Positions 42,084 to 51,101 of a stretch of 51,101 nucleotides of DNA are shown in pieces (the stretch's first letter is position 1; the number at the start of each line of letters is the position of its first letter). A model generated the notes under the pieces. The model was not told where the DNA came from, made no database searches, and saw only the letters and a list, made by a program, of their open reading frames with translations. Both the position numbers and the translations under genes were made by a program. The stretch lies in assembly GCA_035558375.1 (NCBI GenBank), contig DATMCL010000642.1:1-51101 (forward strand). The letters are read 5' to 3'. Origin of the DNA: Polyangiaceae bacterium (GTDB lineage: Bacteria; Myxococcota_A; Polyangia; Polyangiales; Polyangiaceae).

Positions 42084-42508
42084 GGCTCGTCTCCCCAACC
42101 CTTGTCGGCTTCGCCGTCCTTCTTCACTTCCTCTTCTTCGTCGTCGTCATCCTCGTCGGAGTCGGCTTCCTTGGCCTTCGGCTTCTCGACGGGCTTCTTC
42201 GCCTCGGCCTTCTTGGGGTCGAGCTCGAGATCGTCGTCATCGTCGTCGTCGTCGATGATGGCCAGGTCGTCGTCGGCCGGTCGCACCGGCGCGATCGGAG
42301 GCCGCACGCCGGAGGTCCGCACGATCACGATGTCGCGATCGCTCTCGTTCTGCAGGGCCGGCTGCTTGACGGTGAGCTCGACGGCTTGGCCCTCGAGATC
42401 GGGCAGAGCATCGAGGTGCTTCTGCACCTCGCTCTCGGCGAGGAGACCGTCGCCCATCAGGCGCTCACGAACGCGGACATCGAACTTCAACTCGGCGGGT
42501 ATGGCCAT
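42080..42508 (-). CDS. Hypothetical protein with acidic C-terminal tail
   Basis: FDVRVRER..G..V..HL..LPD N-terminal motif and poly-Asp/Glu tail; coupled to DUF1844. Confidence 0.7.
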   Translation of the reverse strand: MAIPAELKFDVRVRERLMGDGLLAESEVQKHLDALPDLEGQAVELTVKQPALQNESDRDIVIVRTSGVRPPIAPVRPADDDLAIIDDDDDDDDLELDPKKAEAKKPVEKPKAKEADSDEDDDDEEEEVKKDGEADKGWGDEP

Positions 42509-42522
42509 AGGAGGGCGATTAC

Positions 42523-43110
42523 CTAGCTCCGGACCCCCCGGCGAAGCAAGTCAGCCGCCGGAATTAGGCCGGAAGGGCCGGGCGACCCCTCGTTTTCGTC
42601 GGCGAGTAGCGCGGATTCCGCGATTTCTAGCTCCTCGGGGGTGGCGGCGCGGGCGTCCAGCACCTCGATGTCGAAGCGGACCTTCTGCCCGGCGAGCGGG
42701 TGGTTCAGGTCGAGCACGACGAGGTCGTCGGACACGGCGAGGACGCTCGTCACGAGCTCCGAGCCGTCGTCGCCCTCGAGCTCGAAGCGATCGCCGGGCG
42801 CGACGTCGGGAGGGAACTCCTCGCGCGACACCTCGATCTGGCGGGTGGCGTCGCGCTCGCCGTAGGCGTCGCGCGCCGCGAGCTCGACGCTCTTGCTGGA
42901 GCCTGTCGTGAGGCCTTCGAGCCGCGCTTCGAGCGCGGGCAGGAGCACCCCGTAGCCGAACACGAAGCCGAGCTCGCCCCCGGCTCCATCGACGAGCTCA
43001 CCCTCGGCGTCGTGGACCCGATACGACAGCCGCGTCCACACTCCGGGGCCGAGCGCGAACCCGCGCGGCTTGCGCTCGGGGCGCTCACCTTGACGGCGGC
43101 CCTTGCTCAC
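42523..43110 (-). CDS. slyD: FKBP-type peptidyl-prolyl isomerase (SlyD-like)
   Basis: [50 protein letters not shown] overlap with the aconitase-family stop. Confidence 0.8.
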   Translation of the reverse strand: MSKGRRQGERPERKPRGFALGPGVWTRLSYRVHDAEGELVDGAGGELGFVFGYGVLLPALEARLEGLTTGSSKSVELAARDAYGERDATRQIEVSREEFPPDVAPGDRFELEGDDGSELVTSVLAVSDDLVVLDLNHPLAGQKVRFDIEVLDARAATPEELEIAESALLADENEGSPGPSGLIPAADLLRRGVRS

Positions 43111-45077
43111 GCGCGCACCTCGCTCGGCGCAGCGACGAAGCCCTTGAGCGCGCTGGCCGCGACGACCAGCGGGCTCGCGAGGATCACCTGCCCCGGACCG
43201 CTCCGTCCGGGAAAGTTGCGACTGCCGGCGCTGATCGTGACCTCGTCCTTCGAGCGCGAGGTGCCGGGGCCCGCGGCAATGCACGCGCCGCACGCGGGGC
43301 CGAGCACCGTCGCTCCCACTGCCTCGAAGAGCGAGAGGTAGCCGCGCTCCTCCGCGTACCTGCGCACGCGCTCCGACGCCACCTGCAGAAACAGGCGAAC
43401 TCCGGGCGCGATCCGCTCGCCGCGGGCCACGGCGGGCGCGAAGACCGCGGCGTAGCGGTCCATGTCGGCGCGTTTTCCCCCGGTGCACGTGCCCCCGTAC
43501 GCGATGTCGATGCGCAGGGGCTCCGGGGCCGAAACTGCGAGCTCGGCGAGCGGACGGACGCGCTTCGGATCGCCCGGTAGCGCAACCATCGGCTCCACGC
43601 GATCGAGCTCGAGCCGGAGCTCGGCGACGTAGCGCGCGCCAGGATCGGCGCGCACGGCACGGGCCGCGAGCGACCGAGCGTCCCCGGCGCGGAGCGTCGC
43701 GAGCTCGCGCGCCACGGAGGCGTCGACCTCGGCAATCCCCGTGAGCGCTCCCGCCTCGACCGCCATGTTCGTGAGCGTCGCGCGCTCGTCGAGCGGCAGC
43801 GTGAAGAGTCCCTCGCCGCCGAACTCGAGCACCGTGCCCGTCACGAGGCCGTCCCGCACGGCAGGCGTGAGGAACAACGCGAGCATCGCATCCTTGGCCG
43901 TGACTCCGGGTCGGAGCGCGCCCACGAGCTCGACGCGGACGCTTTCCGGCACCGTGAGCCGCACGTCCCGCGTGAGCCACGCCGCAGCCATGTCGCTACT
44001 TCCGACGCCGAACGCGAGGCAACCGGCGGCGCCCGCCGTCGACGTGTGCGAGTCGGTGCCGACGACGACGCTTCCGGGCTCGGCGAACGATTCGAGCACG
44101 GCCTCGTGGCAGATGGCTTCGCTGCCTCCCTCGGGCCCGCGCTCGGGCTGCTCTCCGAAAAGGCGGATCCCATGCCGCTCGGCGAAGCGCGCCTGCACCT
44201 CCGGCAAGGTGCGCGCCTGCTCGAGCAACGGCAGTCGCTTCGCGTCGCCCGCGAAGACGTGCTCCACGAACGTGAGGTGATCGCGGAAGCAGAGCACCCG
44301 CTCCGGGTCACGCACGCGCGCCTCTTCGCCGAACGCGCGCCGGAAGAGCGCATCGGCCATCGGCGTCACGTACTCGTGGCTGAAGCGGAGATCGGCGCGC
44401 ACGAGCAACGTCGAGCCGATCCGGACGCCGGGCGCGCCGACCTGCTCGCCGGAGGCGTCGCGCACGGCGTGCGCCGCGATGATCTTCTGCGCCATCGTCT
44501 GAGGACCTTCCGAGACTTCGAGGTCAGGCGGCGACGCCCTCCCCTCGAGCCGAGCCCGCGCGTAGCCGAGGAGCCCGCCATGAAGCTCGAGCGCGCGCAC
44601 GACGGGATCCGCCCCCTCGACGAGTGCGTCGGGCTCGAGCGTTTCCCCGCGTGCGAGACGTTCGACGACACCGAGATCGGTCGTCGTTCGGAGGCCGATG
44701 TTCTGGCAGTTCTGACGGTAGATGCGCCCGAAGCTCTTGGCGACGACGAGCCGGATCCCGGCCAGCAGCTGCGCGTACGGTGCCGTCTCGCGCGAGCTCC
44801 CGCAACCGCAGTTCGCGCCCGCGACGAGGACGCCGAAGCCGCCCTCCCGCACGGCGCCGAGGCCGATTGCCCCACCGCGAAACCCCGTCAGGCAATGCTC
44901 GCCGAGCCGTTCGTCGTAGAAGTAGGAGCCCCACGCCGGAGCCATCTCGTCCGTGGACACGTCGGACGCGAGCTCGAGCTCGCTCGAGTAGGAGAGGGCG
45001 TCGCCAGCGAGCTGGCGCGCCACGAGCGCGGGCTCGCGCGTCAGGAACAGCAGCCGTTCCCCGGTGGCGAGCGCCAT
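43107..45077 (-). CDS. Aconitase-family enzyme with N-terminal swivel domain (LeuD-LeuC-like fusion)
   Basis: [25 protein letters not shown] (small subunit), then [39 protein letters not shown] (large subunit). Confidence 0.88.
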   Translation of the reverse strand: MALATGERLLFLTREPALVARQLAGDALSYSSELELASDVSTDEMAPAWGSYFYDERLGEHCLTGFRGGAIGLGAVREGGFGVLVAGANCGCGSSRETAPYAQLLAGIRLVVAKSFGRIYRQNCQNIGLRTTTDLGVVERLARGETLEPDALVEGADPVVRALELHGGLLGYARARLEGRASPPDLEVSEGPQTMAQKIIAAHAVRDASGEQVGAPGVRIGSTLLVRADLRFSHEYVTPMADALFRRAFGEEARVRDPERVLCFRDHLTFVEHVFAGDAKRLPLLEQARTLPEVQARFAERHGIRLFGEQPERGPEGGSEAICHEAVLESFAEPGSVVVGTDSHTSTAGAAGCLAFGVGSSDMAAAWLTRDVRLTVPESVRVELVGALRPGVTAKDAMLALFLTPAVRDGLVTGTVLEFGGEGLFTLPLDERATLTNMAVEAGALTGIAEVDASVARELATLRAGDARSLAARAVRADPGARYVAELRLELDRVEPMVALPGDPKRVRPLAELAVSAPEPLRIDIAYGGTCTGGKRADMDRYAAVFAPAVARGERIAPGVRLFLQVASERVRRYAEERGYLSLFEAVGATVLGPACGACIAAGPGTSRSKDEVTISAGSRNFPGRSGPGQVILASPLVVAASALKGFVAAPSEVRA

Positions 45078-45079
45078 GC

Positions 45080-45313
45080 TCAACGCCACACCGCGCCGGC
45101 GGGCGGGGCGTGCAGGGCGATGAGCGTGCCCACCGCGAGCACGAGCTCGGCGTCGGTCGCCCCACGGCGCTCGGCGCGCGCCCCGAGCTCGACGAGCTCG
45201 GCGACGCTCGGCACGTGCGTTTCCCCGAGCAAGCGCGCTGCGAGCGAGGCCGCCAGGGTCCCTTGCCGGCGCTTCAGAATCGACGCCAAGTCCGCGGCGA
45301 GGCTCGGGCTCAC
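45080..45313 (-). CDS. Small hypothetical helical protein
   Basis: 77-aa ORF from GTG filling the gap ahead of the aconitase-family gene and ending 2 bp before it. Confidence 0.4.
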   Translation of the reverse strand: MSPSLAADLASILKRRQGTLAASLAARLLGETHVPSVAELVELGARAERRGATDAELVLAVGTLIALHAPPAGAVWR

Positions 45314-45364
45314 GGAGCGGAGCGTAGCGCCGAACCCCGCCGCGGCACTACGCTTGCCTCCCCC

Positions 45365-46579
45365 GTGCGCTCGCAAAGCCCCGCCACTCAAGCCTTCGGG
45401 CGCCCCGACACGGTCCGGGGCCTCGTCCTGACGGCGCTTTTCACGCTGCCGCTCGCGGGATGCCGGAAGGGCACGCCCGCACCCACGCCGGCGACCGTGG
45501 CGGCGCCGAGCGCGAGCGCCGCCGGCGAAGCGCGCGCGCCGGCTCACCTCGCCCGTGCCGACGAGCACGCCGAGGTCCCCACGGGCGGCTTTCACGCGGG
45601 GAGCATGCCGGGAGATCCCGGGCGTCACCCGGAGCTCGAGCCGAAGCTCCTTTCGATCGAGCTCGGCGCGTACAAGATCGATCGACTGCCCTATCCGAAC
45701 GACCCGAATCGCCCGCCGGTCTCGGGCGTGACACGCGAGGAGGCCCAACGCCTCTGCGGCGAGCGCGGGGCGCGCCTCTGCACCGAGCTCGAATGGGAGC
45801 GCGCTTGCAAGGGTCCGAACGACGAACGGTTTCCGACCGGCGACGGGTGGGATCCGCGCTGCGCCAAGGAGCCCACGCGCTGCGAGAGCGGCTTCGGAAC
45901 GCTCGGCATGGGAGCCGCCCGCGGCGAATGGGTGACGAGCGACATCGCGCCGGGCACGTCGAAGGCGCTCGCCGTCGTCCGCGGCGCCCCTGCAGATGCC
46001 CCGGCCGAGGATCACCGCTGCGCCGCACGTCACGGCGTCGCGGCGACGACGAAGGACCCACCGATCGGCTTCCGTTGTTGCGAGGGCCCGCCGAACGCCC
46101 GCGTGCTGCCGGAGCCGACGCTCGGCGACGCTTACCAGAAGGTACACCTCGGGCCCGAGCGGCTCGTCGAGCTCCTCAAGGCCGATCCACTCACGCGCGA
46201 CCTCGCGAAGGACGTGAAATTCTTTCGCGATCCGGACTCCGCCGAGACCGTGATCTCGCGCGGGCCCGGCGACCGTAAGGGCTTCTCGTTCACGGTCGCG
46301 CCCCTCCGCTGGAATCCGGTGCCCGGAGCCGATCTAGTCGTGGTGGTCGGGCGCTCGGGCGAAAATACGTCGTTCGTCGTCGCCTACCATGTGCTCGCTG
46401 ACGACCAATATCGCCTTGCCGGCAGCTTCGTCATGAAGAACGAGCCGGGACCCGTGGCGCTCGCCTACAGCGACGACATCCGGCCGCGCCTTCACTTCAG
46501 CACGTGTTGGGGCTGCCCGGGTGAGACCGGAAAGATCCTTTTCCGCAAGCCCGAGCGCGTCGCGATCGTCGAGCCGTAG
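45365..46579 (+). CDS. FGE/SUMF1-like domain lipoprotein
   Basis: Lipobox LAGC, GGFHAGS, YKIDRLPYPN, RLCTELEWERACKG, EWV, IGFRCC. Start inferred. Confidence 0.8.
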   Translation: MRSQSPATQAFGRPDTVRGLVLTALFTLPLAGCRKGTPAPTPATVAAPSASAAGEARAPAHLARADEHAEVPTGGFHAGSMPGDPGRHPELEPKLLSIELGAYKIDRLPYPNDPNRPPVSGVTREEAQRLCGERGARLCTELEWERACKGPNDERFPTGDGWDPRCAKEPTRCESGFGTLGMGAARGEWVTSDIAPGTSKALAVVRGAPADAPAEDHRCAARHGVAATTKDPPIGFRCCEGPPNARVLPEPTLGDAYQKVHLGPERLVELLKADPLTRDLAKDVKFFRDPDSAETVISRGPGDRKGFSFTVAPLRWNPVPGADLVVVVGRSGENTSFVVAYHVLADDQYRLAGSFVMKNEPGPVALAYSDDIRPRLHFSTCWGCPGETGKILFRKPERVAIVEP

Positions 46580-46624
46580 CAGGCGCTGTTCAGCAGATTG
46601 CTCACGAGCTGCGAGCGCGGCCCG

Positions 46625-47536
46625 CTACGCAAGCACGCGCGCGTAAAGGAATTCCTTCACGACGCGCTCGATGCGCTCATGTTGCTCGAGCGGGAGCAAG
46701 TGCGAGCCACCCTCGGCGAGCTCGAGCTGTGCGTTCGGAATCGCTTCCGCCATCGCGCGCGACACGGCGGGCGGCGTGAACGAGTCGAGCGAGCCCGCGA
46801 CGACGAGCGTCGGGACACGCACGTTCGGCAAGAGATCCTCCGCCGTGTGCTCGCCCGCGGCGCGCAGCATGCGCAGGAACAGCTCGAAATCCAGGTGCAC
46901 GACATGCTCGAAGTAGGGCGCGACATCGGCGGGGTTCACGCGCGACGCGTCCACGTCGCCCGTCAAGCGCGCGAGCCCGAGCGCCACCGACGGCGGAACG
47001 TGCGCCCAGAGCGCGCGCCCGATCTGCGGGTGCCGCGCGACGAACGCGATCAAGTCCGGCAGCACGCCCGCGAGCATGTCCGTCCCCTTGAAGGTGTGCG
47101 TGACGCGTCCGAAGCTCCCGCAAAGGAGCACGATGCCCTTCACGCCCTCCGGAGCCTGCCGGTACGTCTCGAGCGCCACTTGCGTCCCGAGCGAATGACC
47201 GACGAGCACCACCTCCGGGCTGCCGAGGGCGCGGCGCACGGCGTTCGCGTCCGCCGCATGGGCGGCGACGTCGATCCGCTCGAGGTCGCGGGGCGCGCTA
47301 CTGCGACCGTGCCCGCGATAATGGAAATGCGCGAGCGAAAGCTCGGGACGCAGACCGTCCCACAGGTACTTCCACACGAAGCCGTCGCACGCGATGCCGT
47401 CGCAGAAGAGAGCCGTGAGCGCACGGGGGCCTCTGGCCCGCCGTGCGTAGATCAGCGTCCCATCTTCCGCCCTTACGTGGGCTTCGTCGTCGCGCCAGTC
47501 GGTCCCGTCCCCGGCTGGCCCGGACGAATCAGGCAG
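46625..47536 (-). CDS. Alpha/beta hydrolase
   Basis: YRGHGRS, VGHSLG nucleophile elbow, GSLDSFTP, GGSH. Start unresolved (CTG at 47536 proposed). Confidence 0.85.
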   Translation of the reverse strand: MPDSSGPAGDGTDWRDDEAHVRAEDGTLIYARRARGPRALTALFCDGIACDGFVWKYLWDGLRPELSLAHFHYRGHGRSSAPRDLERIDVAAHAADANAVRRALGSPEVVLVGHSLGTQVALETYRQAPEGVKGIVLLCGSFGRVTHTFKGTDMLAGVLPDLIAFVARHPQIGRALWAHVPPSVALGLARLTGDVDASRVNPADVAPYFEHVVHLDFELFLRMLRAAGEHTAEDLLPNVRVPTLVVAGSLDSFTPPAVSRAMAEAIPNAQLELAEGGSHLLPLEQHERIERVVKEFLYARVLA

Positions 47537-47753
47537 CGCCTTCCTCTTCGTCGTCGTCGCCGATGTCGTTGACGCTCGGGATCTTCTTGATCTCGAGGCG
47601 CGCCATCTTCCAGGCACGTTGAACGACCCAAGAGAGCGAGCGGTCGAGGCGGGCAGCCTCGTCCTTGATCTCCTGCAGCATCGACTCGGGGAAATACAGA
47701 CTCTGCTTGCGCTTGTCGCTCCCGGTAGACTTGTTCGAGTCGCTTTCAGCCAC
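47529..47753 (-). CDS. TIGR04563 (MXAN_4361/4362-like) small protein, ribbon-helix-helix-like
   Basis: KRKQSLYFPESMLQEIKDEAARLDRSLSWVVQRAWKMAR; GAGG precedes the GTG. Confidence 0.88.
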   Translation of the reverse strand: MAESDSNKSTGSDKRKQSLYFPESMLQEIKDEAARLDRSLSWVVQRAWKMARLEIKKIPSVNDIGDDDEEEGAA

Positions 47754-47855
47754 GGCAAAACCTCTTGGGGCAAGGGTGGGCAAACGCCCTTCGATCTCCT
47801 ACCTAGTACCATCCACAGGTCCCCAAGCGCAACCTCATCTCGTCCTGGGTCCCAC

Positions 47856-49274
47856 ATGCCAAAAAGCGAAAATCACCCAACAATTCCGAGCGACGGGGGG
47901 ACTTCGAGCCGCGGGCGCACCGCGCATTTACTGAACGGTCGGGCCCGGACAGCGCTCTTCACGCTCGCTGCCTTCGCCGGCGGGGCCGTTTCCGCCGAGG
48001 TCGCCCGTGCCCGGACGGAGCGGCAGAGCCCCTACGCGATGATGGACCAGCTCGCGCGCGTCCTCGTCTGGATCGAGAACGAGTACGTCGATCCGGTCGA
48101 CCGGGCGCGGCTCATCGAGGGCGGCATCAAGGGGATGGTGGCGGAGCTCGACCCGCATTCTTCGTACATGCCGCCCGAGGACTACGGCGTGTTCCAGGGC
48201 GACACGGAGGGACACTTCGGCGGCATCGGCGTGGAGGTCGACTTCTCGACCGACTCGGTCATCGTGATCGCGCCGATCGAAGGGTCGCCGGCCGAGCTCG
48301 CGGGGATCCGTTCCGGCGATCGCATCGTTGCGATCGACGGACAGCCCGTGCGCGAGCGCAGCCCGGCGGATCTCGTGCGCACCATGCGCGGGGACCCGGG
48401 CAGCAAGGTGCTCATCACCATCAAGCGCGAGAGCGTGGACCACCTGCTTTTCTTCACGCTAGTTCGCCGCGTCGTCGTCGTCACCAGCATCTCGAGCAAG
48501 CTTCTCGACGGCAAGGTCGCCTACCTGCGAGTGAAGACATTCCAGAGCGGCACCCACGCCGAGCTCATCGACCACGTCGGCCGGTTGCGCAAGCAGGCGG
48601 GCGGCGCCTTCACGGGCGTCGTGCTCGACCTCCGCAATAACCCGGGAGGTCTCGTCAATGAAGCGAGCGCCGTCGCGGACGAGCTGCTCGACGGCGGCGT
48701 CATCTACACGACGCGCCGGCGTGGCCAGGTGGTGGACGAGGTCAAGGCGGACGCGGCGGGAGCGCTCCGAAGCGGACCTGCGGTCGTGCTCGTGAACGAG
48801 TTCAGCGCGAGCGCTTCCGAGCTCGTTGCGGGCGCCCTGCGCGACCAGCACCGAGCAACGCTCGTGGGCGCCACGACGTTCGGCAAGGGCTCGGTTCAGA
48901 CCATCATCGATCTTCCGGGCGGCGCCGGCCTGCGCCTCACGACGCTCCGCTATTACACGCCGAGCGGCCAGGCGATCCAGGCGCGGGGCGTCACGCCCGA
49001 GGTGCTCATCGGCGGCCAGCCGGGCGACTACGGCATCGTCCGCGAGCAGAACCTCGACGGCCACCTGCCGGCAGTCGAAGGCGCGTTGACCGAGACGCCC
49101 TCCCCCTCCCTCTCGCCGCCTGTCGAGCGCAAGCCGGGCGCCGGCCCCCTCACGACGGATGACGTCGATCATGGTGTCGTCCGCGACGTCCCGGCAGATC
49201 CACGGGGCGGGCCGGACCTGGCGCTCGCGAAGGCGTACGAGATCGTGACGCACGCGCCGCCCGTGAAGCGCTGA
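47856..49274 (+). CDS. ctpA: S41A C-terminal processing protease
   Basis: LDPHSSY, FGGIG PDZ, DLRNNPGG, SASASE, TFGKGSVQ, YYTPSG. Confidence 0.93.
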   Translation: MPKSENHPTIPSDGGTSSRGRTAHLLNGRARTALFTLAAFAGGAVSAEVARARTERQSPYAMMDQLARVLVWIENEYVDPVDRARLIEGGIKGMVAELDPHSSYMPPEDYGVFQGDTEGHFGGIGVEVDFSTDSVIVIAPIEGSPAELAGIRSGDRIVAIDGQPVRERSPADLVRTMRGDPGSKVLITIKRESVDHLLFFTLVRRVVVVTSISSKLLDGKVAYLRVKTFQSGTHAELIDHVGRLRKQAGGAFTGVVLDLRNNPGGLVNEASAVADELLDGGVIYTTRRRGQVVDEVKADAAGALRSGPAVVLVNEFSASASELVAGALRDQHRATLVGATTFGKGSVQTIIDLPGGAGLRLTTLRYYTPSGQAIQARGVTPEVLIGGQPGDYGIVREQNLDGHLPAVEGALTETPSPSLSPPVERKPGAGPLTTDDVDHGVVRDVPADPRGGPDLALAKAYEIVTHAPPVKR

Positions 49275-49285
49275 GCTCGAAGCGC

Positions 49286-49319
49286 GCGCCGGCACGACGC
49301 CACAGCCCCGTGCCGGCGC
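49286..49319. terminator. 11-bp inverted repeat after the S41 gene (terminator or stabilising hairpin)
   Basis: GCGCCGGCACG-N12-CGTGCCGGCGC; no U-tract. Confidence 0.4.
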
Positions 49320-49471
49320 CTGCACAGATTCACGTGTAGTAAATTGTTTTAGGGGGTCGACCGCCTCGCAGCGAATTGCCCCGAGGCGTGAATGCCTTCG
49401 TGCAGCCGAGCATCGAAGGATGCGAATCGTTACTCACTGGCGAGAGTGACGAGAGGAGTTAGACTTCACGC

Positions 49472-50962
49472 ATGGTCGGGTCGCGCTTTTTTTGGGGAAG
49501 TCTGTTGTCGGTGGTCACGCTGGGCGTCGCGTGCGGCGAGTCGGACGACACGCCGACGCCGAACAAGCCGAGCGGCGGCAAAGGCGGCAAGGGTGGCACC
49601 GCGGGAGCAAGCGGCGAAGCGGGTGACGTCACACAGCCGGGTGCCGGCAAGGGCGGCTCGAGTGCCCGGGGCGGCAGCAGCGGCAAAGGCGGCTCGAGCG
49701 CAACGGGTGGCTCGTCCGGCGAAGCCGGGAGCGAATCGGGCGGCACTCACGGTGGCAAAGGCGGCAGCAGCGGCACTCACGGTGGCACCAGCGGAACCAG
49801 CACCGGCGGCACGAGCACGGCAGGAGAAGCAGGTTCGGCCAGCGGCGGTGAAGGCGGCGGGAACGGCGGGGAGCTCGCGGCTCTCGTGCGTGACTTCGTC
49901 GATGACGAGTGGGCGGCGCTCTGCCACGCGATGTTCACCTGCTCTGCGCGCTCGGACGACGACATCGCGAGCGTCGCGCTCCTCGGCACGGAAGCGCGCT
50001 GTACCGAGCTGCTCTCGACCGCTCGTTCGCTGAACCTCGGGCGCGAGGATCTTGCCGCTCGCGTGCAAGCGGGCACCGTCACTTTCCTGCCGAGCAAGGT
50101 GTCGGATTGTTTGGCGGCGCTAGCGAGCTGCGGGGTGACCGGTTGGGTTCCGCTCGGCACCAAAGCCTGTCGCGACGTCTTCGAGGGGCCGATCGCGCTC
50201 GGACAGAGCTGCGAGCGCAGCGAGCAGTGCGCGGGCGATGCCGTCTGCACCGCCGCCGACACGTGTCCGGGAACGTGCACGGCGCGCCCGGGTCTCGATG
50301 CGCCCTGCGACGGCACGAGCGACTGCGACGCCGACGGCACCGTGGTGTGCGATCGGAGGGTCCTCGACATCAACCAACAGGGCGCCTGTCACGCGCCGGT
50401 CGTTCATGCGGCTGCCGGCGAAGGTGAGGCGTGCGATCGCTCTCCGAGCGCCACGCTCGAATACACGCCGTGCGCAGCAGGGCACTTCTGCGACGGTGAC
50501 GGTTCAGGCAGCGGCACCGGGCTCTGCCACGCGCCGCTCGCCGCTGACGCTCCCTGCGACTCGGCGAGCGACGTCTGCGTGAGTGGCCACTGGTGCTTGG
50601 ACGCGGTGAGCTGCAAGCCCTACACCATCGCTCGCGAGGCGAACGCGCCCTGCGGCGACGACGATCTCATCTATTGCGATCCGATGGCGCGGCTCACCTG
50701 CATCGAGGGCAGCTGCATCCTCAACGGCGATGGCCACGACGGCAGCGACTGCAACGGGCTCGACATGTCCGAGTTCCACGCCTGCGATCCCGACCTGAAC
50801 TGCGGCTGGCACGACGGCGAAGGCGGCGCGGGCCCCACCGAAACGTGCGAGGCGCCACGCGCTGGCAGCGCCCCCTGCAACGGCGACCGCGATTGCGCGA
50901 GCGGCTCCTGCCAGCCCGACGGCACGTGCGCCACGGCTTACTGCGAAACGCCCGGCTACTAG
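49472..50962 (+). CDS. Cys-rich lipoprotein with Gly/Ser linker
   Basis: GAGGAG upstream, lipobox GVAC, Gly-rich linker, repeated G..C....C..G..C modules. Confidence 0.85.
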   Translation: MVGSRFFWGSLLSVVTLGVACGESDDTPTPNKPSGGKGGKGGTAGASGEAGDVTQPGAGKGGSSARGGSSGKGGSSATGGSSGEAGSESGGTHGGKGGSSGTHGGTSGTSTGGTSTAGEAGSASGGEGGGNGGELAALVRDFVDDEWAALCHAMFTCSARSDDDIASVALLGTEARCTELLSTARSLNLGREDLAARVQAGTVTFLPSKVSDCLAALASCGVTGWVPLGTKACRDVFEGPIALGQSCERSEQCAGDAVCTAADTCPGTCTARPGLDAPCDGTSDCDADGTVVCDRRVLDINQQGACHAPVVHAAAGEGEACDRSPSATLEYTPCAAGHFCDGDGSGSGTGLCHAPLAADAPCDSASDVCVSGHWCLDAVSCKPYTIAREANAPCGDDDLIYCDPMARLTCIEGSCILNGDGHDGSDCNGLDMSEFHACDPDLNCGWHDGEGGAGPTETCEAPRAGSAPCNGDRDCASGSCQPDGTCATAYCETPGY

Positions 50963-50971
50963 TTGGTTACA

Positions 50972-51047
50972 GGGGGGCCTTGCCCCCCGCGGCTCGCTTC
51001 GCGACCGCTCCCCCCGCCGCCTTCGGCGTGCTCGCTCCGCTCGCGGG
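50972..51047. repeat. Multi-hairpin REP/MITE-like intergenic element
   Basis: GGGGGGC-CTT-GCCCCCC; GCGG(C)TCGC-TTC-GCGA-CCGC; CGCC-TTC-GGCG; internal GCTCGCT(T/C)CGC repeat. Lies between convergent stops. Confidence 0.5.
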
Positions 51048-51050
51048 TCA

Positions 51051-51101
51051 CTATTTTACGGCGAATGATGCCGTCACGACGCCGAGCACGTCCTTGTCGA
51101 G
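51051..51101 (-). CDS. 3' end of a gene extending beyond the window
   Basis: LDKDVLGVVTASFAVK followed by tandem stops TAG TGA. Confidence 0.5.
   Translation of the reverse strand, partial: LDKDVLGVVTASFAVK

Overview
High-GC chromosomal segment of a myxobacterium, most likely Polyangiaceae/Sorangium-like. This is inferred from a MXAN_5187-family protein, a TIGR04563 small protein, a DUF1592/DUF1552 pair, an FHA-GAF sigma54 activator and many Cys-rich lipoproteins. It holds about 45 genes. Housekeeping and metabolism: family-4 UDG, trxB, gpsA, lepB, xylA, COX15/CtaA, a GH63 glucosidase and a LeuD-LeuC-type fused aconitase-family enzyme. Proteolysis and envelope stress: an M16B pair, HtrA, an S41 protease, SlyD and an ECF sigma/anti-sigma pair. 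Signalling: a REC-GAF-PAS-PAS-HisKA protein plus a histidine kinase, and a sigma54 activator. Several large surface lipoproteins are also present. I saw no rRNA, tRNA, CRISPR array, transposase or integrase. Best leads: (i) an IHF site plus canonical sigma54 promoter at 18544-18577 with no sense gene downstream (candidate sRNA or antisense RNA); (ii) a stand-alone PglZ-like protein outside any BREX locus with degenerate metal ligands; (iii) a copper-less cupredoxin-like protein coupled to a MXAN_5187-family membrane sensor; (iv) a collagen/LTD/amylopullulanase-like surface lipoprotein; (v) palindromic operator candidates at trxB and gpsA, and a multi-hairpin REP-like element. All family calls come from motif recognition by eye, not database searches.
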